From the NCBI GenBank assembly GCA_003246895.1, contig QKCL01000015.1, forward strand, positions 20,795 to 84,794: a stretch of 64,000 nucleotides of DNA. Reading direction: 5' to 3'. The DNA comes from Spirochaetota bacterium (GTDB lineage: Bacteria > Spirochaetota > UBA4802 > UBA5550). Under the pieces are notes generated by a model. That model was not told the origin of the DNA and made no database searches. It was given only the letters and a program-made list of their open reading frames with translations. Shown piece after piece: positions 28,420 to 38,840 of this stretch (positions are counted from its first letter, which is position 1; the number at the start of each line of letters is the position of its first letter). The position numbers were made by a program, and so were the translations under genes.

Positions 28420-29898
28420 TTACATATATTTCGGCTCGTTGTATGAGTACATGTCATGGACATGGCCCTCTCTCTGGGCCATTGGGGACCTTATTTCAAA
28501 CCTCAGGTCTCCTGAGTTAAGATATTTATGGAGAGTGTACATATCCTTTATTCCCATATCCTGAAATGAATGCTTCAGACTCTGTATGAGGTATGGGGCA
28601 TAGTCGTTCATCGACCCTTTGTCCAGTACAGCACCGGAAACACCCTGTGCTACGATTATCTTTGCATCCTCTGCAAAGTATCTCTTGTTTGAGGCCATTC
28701 CTCGGTATTTTTTAAGTCTCACTCCATTTTCATAGAAGTATTCTCCGGGAGCTTCATTTGTTCCAGCGAACATTGACCCCATCATTGCAGCAGAAGCACC
28801 GAGGCAGAGAGCCTTTGAAATATGTCCTGTATTGGCGATACCTCCGTCAGCTATGACAGGTATTCCCCTGGTGGCTGAATACCTGGCTGTTCTGTAAACT
28901 GCTGTGGCCTGTGATCTTCCAACAGCCATTGTTGTCTGTGTTGTGCAGATTGATCCTGGTCCCATTCCTATTCTCAGTGCATCTGCGCCTGCATCAATGA
29001 GTGTCCTGCACTGTCCCTCTGTGACCACGTTACCGCCTATTACATCGATCTGCGGATAGTTTTTCTTAATAAATTTGATCATTTCAATCTGATACACTGA
29101 GTTTCCCTGAGCCGAGTCTATGACAACAACATCCACTCCTGCTTCTGAAAGTGCGGCAAGCCTTTCCTTTGCCTCTTCCTTTGTTGAAATTGCGGCACCG
29201 ACTCTGAGCTGCTTCTTGTCGTCCTTGGATGCAAGGGGGAATTCCCTGTTTTTCAGAAGGTCATTTCTGCTCATTAGAGAAACAAGTCTTCCCTGTTTGT
29301 CAACTATCGGGAGTTTCCCCTTCTTTGAACTCCTGAGAATCTGGTTTGCCTGGGAGAGAGTGATGCCTTCTTCTGCAGTGAGGGGCTCCGGAGTCATCAC
29401 ATCCTTTAAAAATTTTGATCTGTCCTTTTCAAAGTCTATGTCACGGTTTGTTACAATTCCCACGAGTTTTGAATTAAGTTTTCCGTCCTCAGTTATGGGG
29501 ATTCCTGAAAAATTGTACTTTGCCTTTATAATGTCTATATCGCTTATTCTGTGATTGGGGGAGAGGACAAGCGGATTTGTGATAAAGCCATTCTCATATC
29601 TCTTTACCTTGCTTACCTCTTCTGCCTGCTTTTCCGGAGAATTGTTATAGTGAATAATACCTATACCTCCCCAGAGCGCCATGCTTATTGCCATTTCAGC
29701 CTCAGTTACTGTATCCATTGGGCTTGAAACAAGAGGGCTTTTTATTTTGATATTTCGTGTAAGATTTGTTTCAAGATTTACGTCATCAGGAGCAAAATCT
29801 ATAAATCCCGGGAGAATGATAAAGTCATTGTATGTATAACCTGTATTTTTTAAAAAGGTTTCCTCTGCTGAAAAACCGTCCATATTTTCCATCTTCAT
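28420..29898 (-). CDS. guaB: Inosine-5'-monophosphate dehydrogenase
   Basis: A TIM barrel with a CBS pair, the catalytic loop GSICTT, and a [13 protein letters not shown] segment. Confidence 0.9.
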   Translation of the reverse strand: MKMENMDGFSAEETFLKNTGYTYNDFIILPGFIDFAPDDVNLETNLTRNIKIKSPLVSSPMDTVTEAEMAISMALWGGIGIIHYNNSPEKQAEEVSKVKRYENGFITNPLVLSPNHRISDIDIIKAKYNFSGIPITEDGKLNSKLVGIVTNRDIDFEKDRSKFLKDVMTPEPLTAEEGITLSQANQILRSSKKGKLPIVDKQGRLVSLMSRNDLLKNREFPLASKDDKKQLRVGAAISTKEEAKERLAALSEAGVDVVVIDSAQGNSVYQIEMIKFIKKNYPQIDVIGGNVVTEGQCRTLIDAGADALRIGMGPGSICTTQTTMAVGRSQATAVYRTARYSATRGIPVIADGGIANTGHISKALCLGASAAMMGSMFAGTNEAPGEYFYENGVRLKKYRGMASNKRYFAEDAKIIVAQGVSGAVLDKGSMNDYAPYLIQSLKHSFQDMGIKDMYTLHKYLNSGDLRFEIRSPMAQREGHVHDMYSYNEPKYM

Positions 29899-30034
29899 CT
29901 ACTCCTTAAATTTTATATTATTAAATTATATTCACGGCAAGAATCAAATTCAACTTTTTAAAAAGAATTATACTAATCGACATAAATTTTAATAGAGACA
30001 TTTGTCAAGGATTTGAAAAAAATGTTTCAAATTT

Positions 30035-30787
30035 TTATTTTGTTTTTATGGTAAGATACTCCTCATGTATATGACTCATTGAACTGAAGATGTTGTTTCT
30101 TGCGTTTTTATCAAGACTTTCCATGGAGTCTATTATCTCCCTTATTGCATTTCGTTTTGTCCTGTCTCCGTATGGGCAGCGTTTCAGCTCCTCAGGGTAT
30201 TCCCTGATTTTTGAATATCTTTTAGTGTATTCTTCAGAAATAAGGATGAGGGGCCTGATTGTTTCAACTTCTCCGTCAAACATTTTCAGTTTTGGAGGCA
30301 TGGCGCTGAATGCACCGTTAAAGACAAGATTCATAATGAGTGTCTCATTCACATCATCCCTGTGGTGTCCCAGAGCCAGTTTGTTGCAGCTGAATTTTCT
30401 GATAAAGTCGAACAACTCCTTTCTTCTCTGCCATGAACAGATGAAGCATTTCGATTTTGATTCATCCCGTTTCAGGTCTACTGTAGATTTAATGAGATGG
30501 AAGGGGACATCAAGTTCCATACAGAATTCTGCAAGCCAGGCCGTGTCGGTTACATAATCTATATTTTCAATGTCAACGTGTACTGCATGGAGTTCATATG
30601 TGATGGGGATGCGTTTTCTACGCATTGCAAGAACCTCAAGAAGCACAAGTGAATCCTTTCCACCCGAGAGTCCCACTACGATTCTGTCGTTATTTTCAAT
30701 GAGAGAGTACCTGTTGATAGCTCTGCCGGTGTCACGGTGTACTCTCTCAATAAATTTTTTGTCCGATAGTTCCTTCATTTTATCCAT
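30035..30787 (-). CDS. PP-loop ATPase of the TtcA/tRNA-thiolation family
   Basis: An SGGKDS PP-loop and a downstream Cys pair; 250 aa. Confidence 0.6.
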   Translation of the reverse strand: MDKMKELSDKKFIERVHRDTGRAINRYSLIENNDRIVVGLSGGKDSLVLLEVLAMRRKRIPITYELHAVHVDIENIDYVTDTAWLAEFCMELDVPFHLIKSTVDLKRDESKSKCFICSWQRRKELFDFIRKFSCNKLALGHHRDDVNETLIMNLVFNGAFSAMPPKLKMFDGEVETIRPLILISEEYTKRYSKIREYPEELKRCPYGDRTKRNAIREIIDSMESLDKNARNNIFSSMSHIHEEYLTIKTK

Positions 30788-30847
30788 CCACTTTTTATAT
30801 TGGTAAGCAGTGGATGGATAATTGTCAAGAGAAAGGGTAAGTATTTT

Positions 30848-33800
30848 TTATTTAAGGGCAGCGGTTATTTTATCTCTCAGTTCCAGAATCCCGGAAGTGG
30901 TTTTTGATTTACCCATGCTCTCGGCAAGTTCGGCAAAATCACCATAGAGAGCTGCGATACGGTTCTTTCTCTTTTTGTATTCTGAAGGAGATTTTATAAT
31001 CACATCAGCAGCTTCTTTCATTACCCTTAATGATTCTCCCGATGAAACTGAAAGAGCAAGTGCGCTTCCGTGTCTTTCCATAAAAATGGCCATTCTGATT
31101 TTGGAGAGAACCGCTTCCCATTTCAGGCCGGATTTTACGGAAAGGTCTTCCGCATCCACAAGTATTTCGTATGCCTTTTCAATGTCGCCCAGTTTTTCAC
31201 TGCAGGCCGACATATTCAGGAGAAGTTTAGCCTGCATGCCTGTCTGGCCGTCTGTACCGGCCGGTGAAAATGAAGCTTCAAAGAGCCTTGCCGCTTCACT
31301 GTATAGCCTGAATATGGTGCTGTTTGCAGAGTATCTGTCCGCCGGCTTTTCTGAGCCGGAAGAGGATATGGAGATGATTTCGGCTCTGAGGAAAAGAAGA
31401 GTGGCAAGAGCTGTGTCGAGCCTGTAATATATTCTTGTAGAAGATTCCTTTACCGATAGGCGGAGTGCTTCTGTTTCCTGTTCTGTGATTTTTCTTTTCT
31501 TTGCTTCGGCTTCGTCCCTGAGATCCTTGTACTTTGCCTTGAAGGTACTGTCTTCGTATTCATTCCTGTATTTTTGAATGTCCGATGACAGGGTTTCCAG
31601 AGTTTTAATACTTAAAGTTTCGTTCTTCCCGTTTTCATGGAGCGATGAGTAGAGGTTCACAAGGTTCAGGGTTGTCATGAATATTCCCTGAAGGTTTCCT
31701 GCTTCGAATGCTGTTTTCCTTGCCAGGGTAAAGTATTTCTCTGAATTTGAAATATCGCCGTTTCTAAAATAGTAGAATCCAATATTGTTGAGGCTTCTTA
31801 TCTTTGTTTCCACTGATGTGGATGTACTGTCACTGATGGAATCAACTTTTCTTTTAAGAATGGAGATTGCCTGATCCAGCTTTCCGTTCCGGAGAGCTAT
31901 CTCCTCTTCCATGGAAAGGTTCAGAAGTTTCTTGCTGTCTCTGTCCAGAGGATAGAATATTTTATTGTTTCCGATAACAATGGCATCCGGTCCCAGGTCC
32001 CAGCTGAAGAATGGAAGGAATCCGAACAGTTTCAGTACTGTGCTGTACTTCTTTTTGTCATCGGGGTAATCTTTCAGCAGTCTGTTTGATTCTGCTATGA
32101 GCTCAAGGGCCTTTTTGTCATTTTCTGTTTTATGGTAACAGTAGGCAAGCTCCTGAAGAATACGTGCACTGTCTGTTTTTATTCCGTATTTCTTTGAGAG
32201 ATCCATTATCTTTGTGTACCAGAAAATTGCGTCTTCATATTCACCATTGTACCTGCTGAAAAGTGCAAAGTACTTCATAAAAACCAGCTGTGACCGCGCT
32301 CCTTCAGATCCCTTTTTCAGTGTGCCCTGGTATATTGTATTTGCCCTGACCATTTCATTTCTTGCCTGGCCAATCTCTCCGTTCTGCCAGAGTGAGTATG
32401 AGTAGTGAAAGTGGAACAGAGCCCTTTCTGCGGGGTTGTTGAACTGCTTTTTGTATTTTTCAACGAGCCTGTATGAATCAAGGGCCCTAGTGTAGTTGCT
32501 CAGGAGAAAGTAGTTGTTGGCCATGTTCAGGTGAATGTTGCCTTCATTTTCAGGCCTGGATATTTCATCGTTTGCCGCAAGGGCTTTTTTCAGTATTTCA
32601 ATATTCTCCTCAAAGAGCTCTTCGGGGAAATATTCAGATATCAAAGAATTATACCTGCCGTCAGAAACAGACCTCTGGCGGTCCACAAACTGATATATCC
32701 ATGTTTTCATGAGATATGGGTCAATGAAAGTATCATCGATGAATATGCACCATTCAAGCTGAGCAAGGGATTTTTTGAAGTATTCAAGTGTTTCTTTTAG
32801 TTTTGAATAATCATCGCTTTTCCCGGATTTATTGTATGAATCCATCCCTTTGAGTGCATAGATGTATGCGAGCCCATATAGGTATGGCTTGTTAAAGCCG
32901 TTTCTATAAATATCCTGCATTTTTTCACCGGTTTTTACAAGATTTTCAATGCCTTTTTCCCCATGTAAAGCAATATATGCATCTATATATCGGATCTGGA
33001 CTTCAGGTGAGAAGCGGTCATATATGTCGACATAAATTCTCTTACTATAGATTCCATCTAGCAGAGTCCTGTATGTTTTAAAAGTCTCAACAGCTTTCAT
33101 GAAATTTTTTTCTTCAAACTGTTTGAGTCCTCTCGAATTGTAGCGATCAGTAACGTAAAGGATTCTTCCTTTAAGTTTAGGATCAGAGAATCTTCTTGAA
33201 TACTTATCTATTGAATTGTAAAAAAAACTGTCTGCATAATCAGGGTTGTTAGTCTTATAATATTCACCAAGAATTACAGTTGAATAGTAATAGGTCAGTT
33301 CATTGGGATGTACGATTTTTATTACATTTTGTAGCTCATTTATGGCTTTTTTTGTTTCACCACTCTTCATGAACATAATGCCCAGGGAAAGACCGATCAT
33401 GGGATATATGTTTTTATTTGAACCGTATTCACTTTTCAGTTTTTTAAGGCCTTCCACTGAAAATGCAGCATTCCTGGTATTATACACATAGTCACCCGCA
33501 ATAAATTTGATGAGAGAAATTTTCTGATTGTATTTCCCCTTTTCAAGTATTGTGAAGAAGGAATCTGAAGGTTTCGAATTGAATGAAATCTTTGAGCAAA
33601 AATTGATTTTATTGTGAATGTCCAGAACTCTTTCGTATTCAGGGTAGTCTGAAAGAATCGACATATATATTTTTTTTGCCCCGGAGTAATCCTTTTTTGC
33701 AAAGAGAATATCTCCCATGTCCTCAACTGCGAATGGGGCAAATTTTTCTGATGAATACTTTTTTATGGCAGAAATCTGGGCTGAGACCGATTTCCCCGCA

Positions 33801-35137
33801 CCATGATCCAGTATTATCTGCGCATACCTGTCGCCGTTCTCAACCCGTTTTGAAAGAATACCGGAAATGAATTTTTCATTATCCGTAAGCTTATTCTCTT
33901 TGTAGTAGTTAACAGCATCACCAAGTGCCCGGTCCACATATATTGATGAATTGATCTTTTTGTCATCTCCGTAATAGTGATATACTGCTTCAAGTGACAT
34001 GATGTATCGTTCACTGTCTTCAAATTCGTTGATGAATCTTTCGCAGAGTTCATACTGAAGTTTAGCGTTTACTTTTTTGGGGATAATGCCTGTTTCAGGC
34101 AGGAGATTAAGGTTTATGTTGTTATTCTCAAGGCTTGAGTAGATCAGGACACCGTTAAAATCAGGGGTCTTCAGAACCGGTAGCCACTTTGCCTTGAGGG
34201 ATGATGTTGACTTTCTTGTGAGAGGATATGAAACATTTTTTTTAAGGTTCTTGAAACGTATTATTGCCCTGTCGTTGAGATCAAGCCTTTTGTTGCCGTT
34301 TGTATCGCTCTCAATTGACGTATAAATTATGTTGTTCCCGGCAAAGGACGGATAGAGTTTGATGCTGGTGTCTGCAGTGAGCCTCTTTTCTTTTCCCGTT
34401 TTCAGGTCCATGCTGTAAACTTCACCATTCTGCGAGTCCCTGTAGGATATGAACAGAATACTGCTGCCGTCTGTTGAAAATGACGGATAGACTCCGCCTG
34501 TTTTTGTAAGTTTCTTTTTCCCTGAACCTGTGCTGTCCATTATCCAGATGTTGGACTCTCCGCCGTCTTCAGATGTATATGCAATATATTTACCGTCCCT
34601 GCTCCATGCAGGAGAATAATCCTTAATGTTTTTCACTACGCCGGAAGGGGTTTTCTGCTCTGTCAGGTTTAAGAGTTTTGCCTTTGTGTCCAGAACCGAA
34701 GGCAAAGTAATGGCTGATTTTGTTTTGTTCAGAAGTTCTTCAGGTGAAATATCCATGACAAAAATATCACCTTCCGGGTCTGTTCTGTATGAAACAAAAG
34801 CAAGCTTTTTGCCGTCCGGAGAGATAACAGGGCTTATGTCCTTTGAAGGATGCTCAGTTACCCTTACTGTGGTGATGTCATTCATTGATCTCAGGTATAT
34901 GTCAAAATTCCCGCTCTCTTCATTTGATGTATAAAAGAAATATTTTCCATCCGCAGAGATGTCTCCGTCTGTTTCGATGGACCTGTTTATTGTTATGGGA
35001 GTAGTCTTCCCGATATTGAAACGGAATTCCTTGTACATGATTGCGTCGTAGTTAAAAACCACGCTAGGCCCCTTGGAATCACAGGAGAACAACCAGAGAA
35101 TGAGAAATGCCGGTAAGAATCTAAATAAAATTTTCAT
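30848..35137 (-). CDS. Giant secreted protein: a TolB-like WD40 beta-propeller N-terminus followed by an extended TPR repeat region
   Basis: A signal peptide, then TolB-like repeats (DGKYFFYTS..., SPDGKKLAFVSYR...), then more than 20 TPR-like helical repeats; 1429 aa. Confidence 0.5.
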   Translation of the reverse strand: MKILFRFLPAFLILWLFSCDSKGPSVVFNYDAIMYKEFRFNIGKTTPITINRSIETDGDISADGKYFFYTSNEESGNFDIYLRSMNDITTVRVTEHPSKDISPVISPDGKKLAFVSYRTDPEGDIFVMDISPEELLNKTKSAITLPSVLDTKAKLLNLTEQKTPSGVVKNIKDYSPAWSRDGKYIAYTSEDGGESNIWIMDSTGSGKKKLTKTGGVYPSFSTDGSSILFISYRDSQNGEVYSMDLKTGKEKRLTADTSIKLYPSFAGNNIIYTSIESDTNGNKRLDLNDRAIIRFKNLKKNVSYPLTRKSTSSLKAKWLPVLKTPDFNGVLIYSSLENNNINLNLLPETGIIPKKVNAKLQYELCERFINEFEDSERYIMSLEAVYHYYGDDKKINSSIYVDRALGDAVNYYKENKLTDNEKFISGILSKRVENGDRYAQIILDHGAGKSVSAQISAIKKYSSEKFAPFAVEDMGDILFAKKDYSGAKKIYMSILSDYPEYERVLDIHNKINFCSKISFNSKPSDSFFTILEKGKYNQKISLIKFIAGDYVYNTRNAAFSVEGLKKLKSEYGSNKNIYPMIGLSLGIMFMKSGETKKAINELQNVIKIVHPNELTYYYSTVILGEYYKTNNPDYADSFFYNSIDKYSRRFSDPKLKGRILYVTDRYNSRGLKQFEEKNFMKAVETFKTYRTLLDGIYSKRIYVDIYDRFSPEVQIRYIDAYIALHGEKGIENLVKTGEKMQDIYRNGFNKPYLYGLAYIYALKGMDSYNKSGKSDDYSKLKETLEYFKKSLAQLEWCIFIDDTFIDPYLMKTWIYQFVDRQRSVSDGRYNSLISEYFPEELFEENIEILKKALAANDEISRPENEGNIHLNMANNYFLLSNYTRALDSYRLVEKYKKQFNNPAERALFHFHYSYSLWQNGEIGQARNEMVRANTIYQGTLKKGSEGARSQLVFMKYFALFSRYNGEYEDAIFWYTKIMDLSKKYGIKTDSARILQELAYCYHKTENDKKALELIAESNRLLKDYPDDKKKYSTVLKLFGFLPFFSWDLGPDAIVIGNNKIFYPLDRDSKKLLNLSMEEEIALRNGKLDQAISILKRKVDSISDSTSTSVETKIRSLNNIGFYYFRNGDISNSEKYFTLARKTAFEAGNLQGIFMTTLNLVNLYSSLHENGKNETLSIKTLETLSSDIQKYRNEYEDSTFKAKYKDLRDEAEAKKRKITEQETEALRLSVKESSTRIYYRLDTALATLLFLRAEIISISSSGSEKPADRYSANSTIFRLYSEAARLFEASFSPAGTDGQTGMQAKLLLNMSACSEKLGDIEKAYEILVDAEDLSVKSGLKWEAVLSKIRMAIFMERHGSALALSVSSGESLRVMKEAADVIIKSPSEYKKRKNRIAALYGDFAELAESMGKSKTTSGILELRDKITAALK

Positions 35138-35139
35138 AA

Positions 35140-35721
35140 CTACTTCCTGACCCAGTTCCCTTCGTTATTTTGTATCCAGTCATTCTTCTGTGCAAGAGCC
35201 TGGAGTTCCCTTGAAAATTCCGCGCCGAATGCCGAAGCCTTGGCTTCGTCGGGTTTCCCGCCGGTCAGGGTTGCTCTTGTGAATATTGTTTTTCTGGCTG
35301 AATTCTCGGATTTTATTAGATCCAGCAGCTGATTTTTAAGAAGCCTGTTTGACTCATACTTTTCATTTTTTATGTAGGAGAGGTAGCCTTTGTTAGATTC
35401 TCCCAGTGCGCCGCTGTTTTTATGATCCCTTATTATTGGCAGGTTTTTCTCCCTTATATTCATTGCCTTCAGCATTTCGGAATCTGCTGTTTTCTTGACT
35501 TCAGGCTCGGTTCCTGTGGAGGGCCTTTTCACGGAAGAGACAGCCCATGCATCCTTTTCTATCTCCTCATAATCCCCTATTATCTGCCTTTCTATTACAG
35601 TTTTTTCACCTGTAAGATTTACCTTGGGCGGAACAACGTTCAGGCAGCTTGGGGTTGACGAACATCCCCATATAAAGGGCCCTGCGGCCAGGATAAGGAT
35701 TGCTGAAATTTTCTTTGTCAT
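35140..35721 (-). CDS. Lipoprotein, DUF1318/YdbL-like
   Basis: A lipobox (WGCSS); 193 aa; it lies downstream of, and is translationally coupled to, an AsmA-like gene, as in E. coli ydbH-ynbE-ydbL. Confidence 0.4.
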   Translation of the reverse strand: MTKKISAILILAAGPFIWGCSSTPSCLNVVPPKVNLTGEKTVIERQIIGDYEEIEKDAWAVSSVKRPSTGTEPEVKKTADSEMLKAMNIREKNLPIIRDHKNSGALGESNKGYLSYIKNEKYESNRLLKNQLLDLIKSENSARKTIFTRATLTGGKPDEAKASAFGAEFSRELQALAQKNDWIQNNEGNWVRK

Positions 35722-38700
35722 TTATTTGCCTCTTCATTTTTCAAAATATTTCTAAGGTATTCCTGAACGGTTATCCTGTTGAAGACTACCTCGCTGTTGT
35801 CAACTGTGATGAGTGCACTGAGTATCTTTCTTGAAAGATTAACAGTTGTATATATGAGACCGTTCTTCAGTCGGAAGTCGAAATTTTTTACAAGCATTGA
35901 ATTGTCAACAGCGAACTGCCCGACCTTGCCGAGCTTTGACTGGCCCTTTTCAACACTGAGTCCCTTCATGAGCCTGTTTGCGGTTTTTGTTCCTATCTCG
36001 TAGATGTTTATGTATCCGTCTGCTGTCAGTTCCTTGCCAACATCAAGTCCGCGTCCGGAAAAGTTTGAACTGAAGGAGAGTTCAGCGGATGTTGACTTTT
36101 TAGCCGGGTTTGGGTCATCAAGAAGTGAAAGGTCTATGTTTGTTCCGTCCAGGATGAGATTGAACTCCATGTGCTGGGGCTTAAAGTCTGCAAGATTGAA
36201 AAGCACTGACCTGCCGTACAGCGAGCCCTGCATTATTTCAGCCTTCAGGTCCTGGATCCTGAATACACGATTTCTGAAACTCAGACGGGCATTGAAGTCC
36301 TTCATGTATTCGTAGCTTATATCCCTTGCAGGGTGCTTTGCCTTGAATGATTTTATGGAGAAGTTCGGCTTTGAACTGTATCTGGTTGTTTCTATGATGT
36401 TCTTCTGTGTTACCAGCAGCTGCGAGGATTCATTCTTCTGCTTTTCAAAGTCAAAGCTGAAGGGGAAATTCATGTTGAGCCCGGTCAGATACATTTTTTC
36501 ATTTTTGTTGTATATGTTAAAATCATCAAAACTGAGTTTCCCCTGGGCCGAGCCTGTTGCAAGATCTCCCTTCATGGAAGCGGTAATATCTATTTTGCCC
36601 CGGGACATCCAGGGGCCGAACAGAGACCTGTCTTTGCTGTTGTCAATTTTCAGTGAGAATTTCAGGTCTGAATCAGATATGGGTGCCTTTTTAAGGCCCA
36701 CAGTTCCTGATGCGCTGAGATCCAGGTTCTGGCTCCTGCTTGCCAGTGAAAGATAATTCAGTTTCAGATTTTTTGCAGAGTTGTTCTGAACGATAGATGT
36801 CTTTAATACAAGGTCGTTTATTTTGTAATCGGGCACAGCCGCGTATAGGTTAAGTTTTGCGGCAGCGGCAGCACCGGTGAGGCTGAAGCTTGAATCCATT
36901 TTCAGAGAAACTTTTTCCTTCAATGGTATTCCCGATATGCTTTTTTTCAGCCTCTGGGGCACCATGGAAACGAGCGGTGTTTTGTCGAATTCAAGTTTTG
37001 TAATATCTGCTGAACCCTTCAGGGAAGGAGACAGGCTGACATTGCTCTTCATGGTCATGTGAAGTGCTTTTTTTCCTGTAAGCGGATCTGTGAATCTGAT
37101 GTCCATTCTCGAGAGGTCCACACTTTTAAAATTGTCCGGGCTTGACAGGGATGTTTCAATTTCAAGTGAATTAAGGCCTGACTTGCTCCCCTGGAGCACG
37201 TAGAAAAACCTGTTCAGGGAGATGTCTGTATTCAGTGAAATATAGGAGTTGTTTCTGTGAACACTGTAATGTATTGAAGATGACGGAAGACTGGCTGAAG
37301 TTCCCGGAACCTGCAGGTTTATTCCGGACATTTTCACTGCGCCCACAATGTTCTGCTTGTTGACAGTTCCCCTTACGGTTAAAGGGTAGAGAGAAAGAGC
37401 ACCAGAGAATCGTGTCTTTCTGTCCCCTGTGAAGGAAACATAGTACGGATAGAGGTCGCTGAGGCTGATATTGCTTTCGTTCATTGAAATATCAATGACC
37501 TGATTTTTGGTTACACTCTCAACGGATCCTGAAAGTTTTATCCAGTTTTTGTTTTTGAATGAAAATGAAAAATTGTTTATCACCAGTTTGTCCGTGACCG
37601 GTTTGTAGATGATGTCGTACCTGACAAAGAAATCCAATGGTATAATATGCCTGTTCTTCAGCCTCAGGGGAAGTTTTCTTGTTCCGAAATCCAGCCGGCT
37701 TGCAAAATGGCTTTTGTCACCGTTTTCAAAAATGAGTTTCCACATCATAGTGAGGTCTGGCTGGGTAGACAGTCCGCTTGAAAAGTAGCGTATATCCATG
37801 GAATTGTCGGGATTTAGTTCAATGCGCATGGTTTTTAGTATGTTAACAGCTTCCACCGATAGCGGAACTTTTTTGAAAGGCGGTATGTCTATGAGCACTC
37901 CGAAGGTGAGTCCTGTCATATTTGCGGAGAAATCATTCCCCTTCACAGAGACCTGGAGGTCTTTGAGTTTGAAGTTAAGGAGAAAATCAACTGCAATGGG
38001 AAGATTTATCTCTGTGGATTTTTCTCCCGAACTCTTCTCCTCCTTAATCTCTTCGGGCTTTTCTTTTTTATCCGAAGGCTTCATGAGAGTGGCGAAGTTC
38101 CATTTGTCTCCGCTCTGTTTCAGATAGACCTTGGGGCCGTATATACCGATTTCAGGAAATCTCACAGAACCTGTGAGAATTTTAAAAATATTATATTTTA
38201 AAACAAGCCTGTCTATTGCCACAATTTTTGAATTACCGAAATCTGATCCGTTTCTGATAACAAGATTATCTATTTCAAATCCGCGGTAAATATTGAAACT
38301 CTTTACCTTCAGGTCAAGTGTACCTGTTGACATTCCATTGAAGGTTTTTTTTGCCAGTTCCTGTACTGTGGGGGGAGTAAGATAGTAATTTAGAAATATA
38401 CCTGCGATCATGATTACTGCGATGACGGTAAGCGGAATTCTGATGAAAAGGGTTTTAGCAACCTGAATTGTAATCCTCTTCCACAGGGGCCTCATTTTTT
38501 TCCGGGCCTTCTTCGCCTTTCTTCTCTGACGGTATGTGAGTTTCTCCGGCTTTTCATCTGAAGATTCAGAGTCATTAACCGTGGATGTTTTTTTTGTTTC
38601 GGTAATTTTTTTCTTATCTGTTTTTTCCCTTTTGAATACAGATAGAATCTTTTTAATCAGGCTAAGTTCAGGCATTTCAAAACCCCGGAAGTTGTTAGGA

Positions 38701-38735
38701 TACTGCGGGCACTGCACCAAGCCAGAAGCCCGCAA
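35718..38735 (-). CDS. AsmA-family / YdbH-like large envelope protein
   Basis: A basic N-terminus, a single TM anchor and a beta-rich body of about 900 aa. The real start may be the internal MPELSL... Met. Confidence 0.4.
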   Translation of the reverse strand: MRASGLVQCPQYPNNFRGFEMPELSLIKKILSVFKREKTDKKKITETKKTSTVNDSESSDEKPEKLTYRQRRKAKKARKKMRPLWKRITIQVAKTLFIRIPLTVIAVIMIAGIFLNYYLTPPTVQELAKKTFNGMSTGTLDLKVKSFNIYRGFEIDNLVIRNGSDFGNSKIVAIDRLVLKYNIFKILTGSVRFPEIGIYGPKVYLKQSGDKWNFATLMKPSDKKEKPEEIKEEKSSGEKSTEINLPIAVDFLLNFKLKDLQVSVKGNDFSANMTGLTFGVLIDIPPFKKVPLSVEAVNILKTMRIELNPDNSMDIRYFSSGLSTQPDLTMMWKLIFENGDKSHFASRLDFGTRKLPLRLKNRHIIPLDFFVRYDIIYKPVTDKLVINNFSFSFKNKNWIKLSGSVESVTKNQVIDISMNESNISLSDLYPYYVSFTGDRKTRFSGALSLYPLTVRGTVNKQNIVGAVKMSGINLQVPGTSASLPSSSIHYSVHRNNSYISLNTDISLNRFFYVLQGSKSGLNSLEIETSLSSPDNFKSVDLSRMDIRFTDPLTGKKALHMTMKSNVSLSPSLKGSADITKLEFDKTPLVSMVPQRLKKSISGIPLKEKVSLKMDSSFSLTGAAAAAKLNLYAAVPDYKINDLVLKTSIVQNNSAKNLKLNYLSLASRSQNLDLSASGTVGLKKAPISDSDLKFSLKIDNSKDRSLFGPWMSRGKIDITASMKGDLATGSAQGKLSFDDFNIYNKNEKMYLTGLNMNFPFSFDFEKQKNESSQLLVTQKNIIETTRYSSKPNFSIKSFKAKHPARDISYEYMKDFNARLSFRNRVFRIQDLKAEIMQGSLYGRSVLFNLADFKPQHMEFNLILDGTNIDLSLLDDPNPAKKSTSAELSFSSNFSGRGLDVGKELTADGYINIYEIGTKTANRLMKGLSVEKGQSKLGKVGQFAVDNSMLVKNFDFRLKNGLIYTTVNLSRKILSALITVDNSEVVFNRITVQEYLRNILKNEEANK

Positions 38736-38840
38736 GGGGACATTAAAACGGCAGTTTTAATGTCCCCCTATATTCCTATATAATAAGATATTGCCCGCGG
38801 TAATTTCAAGTAAAACTTTGTATATGTATTGTTAAATTTA

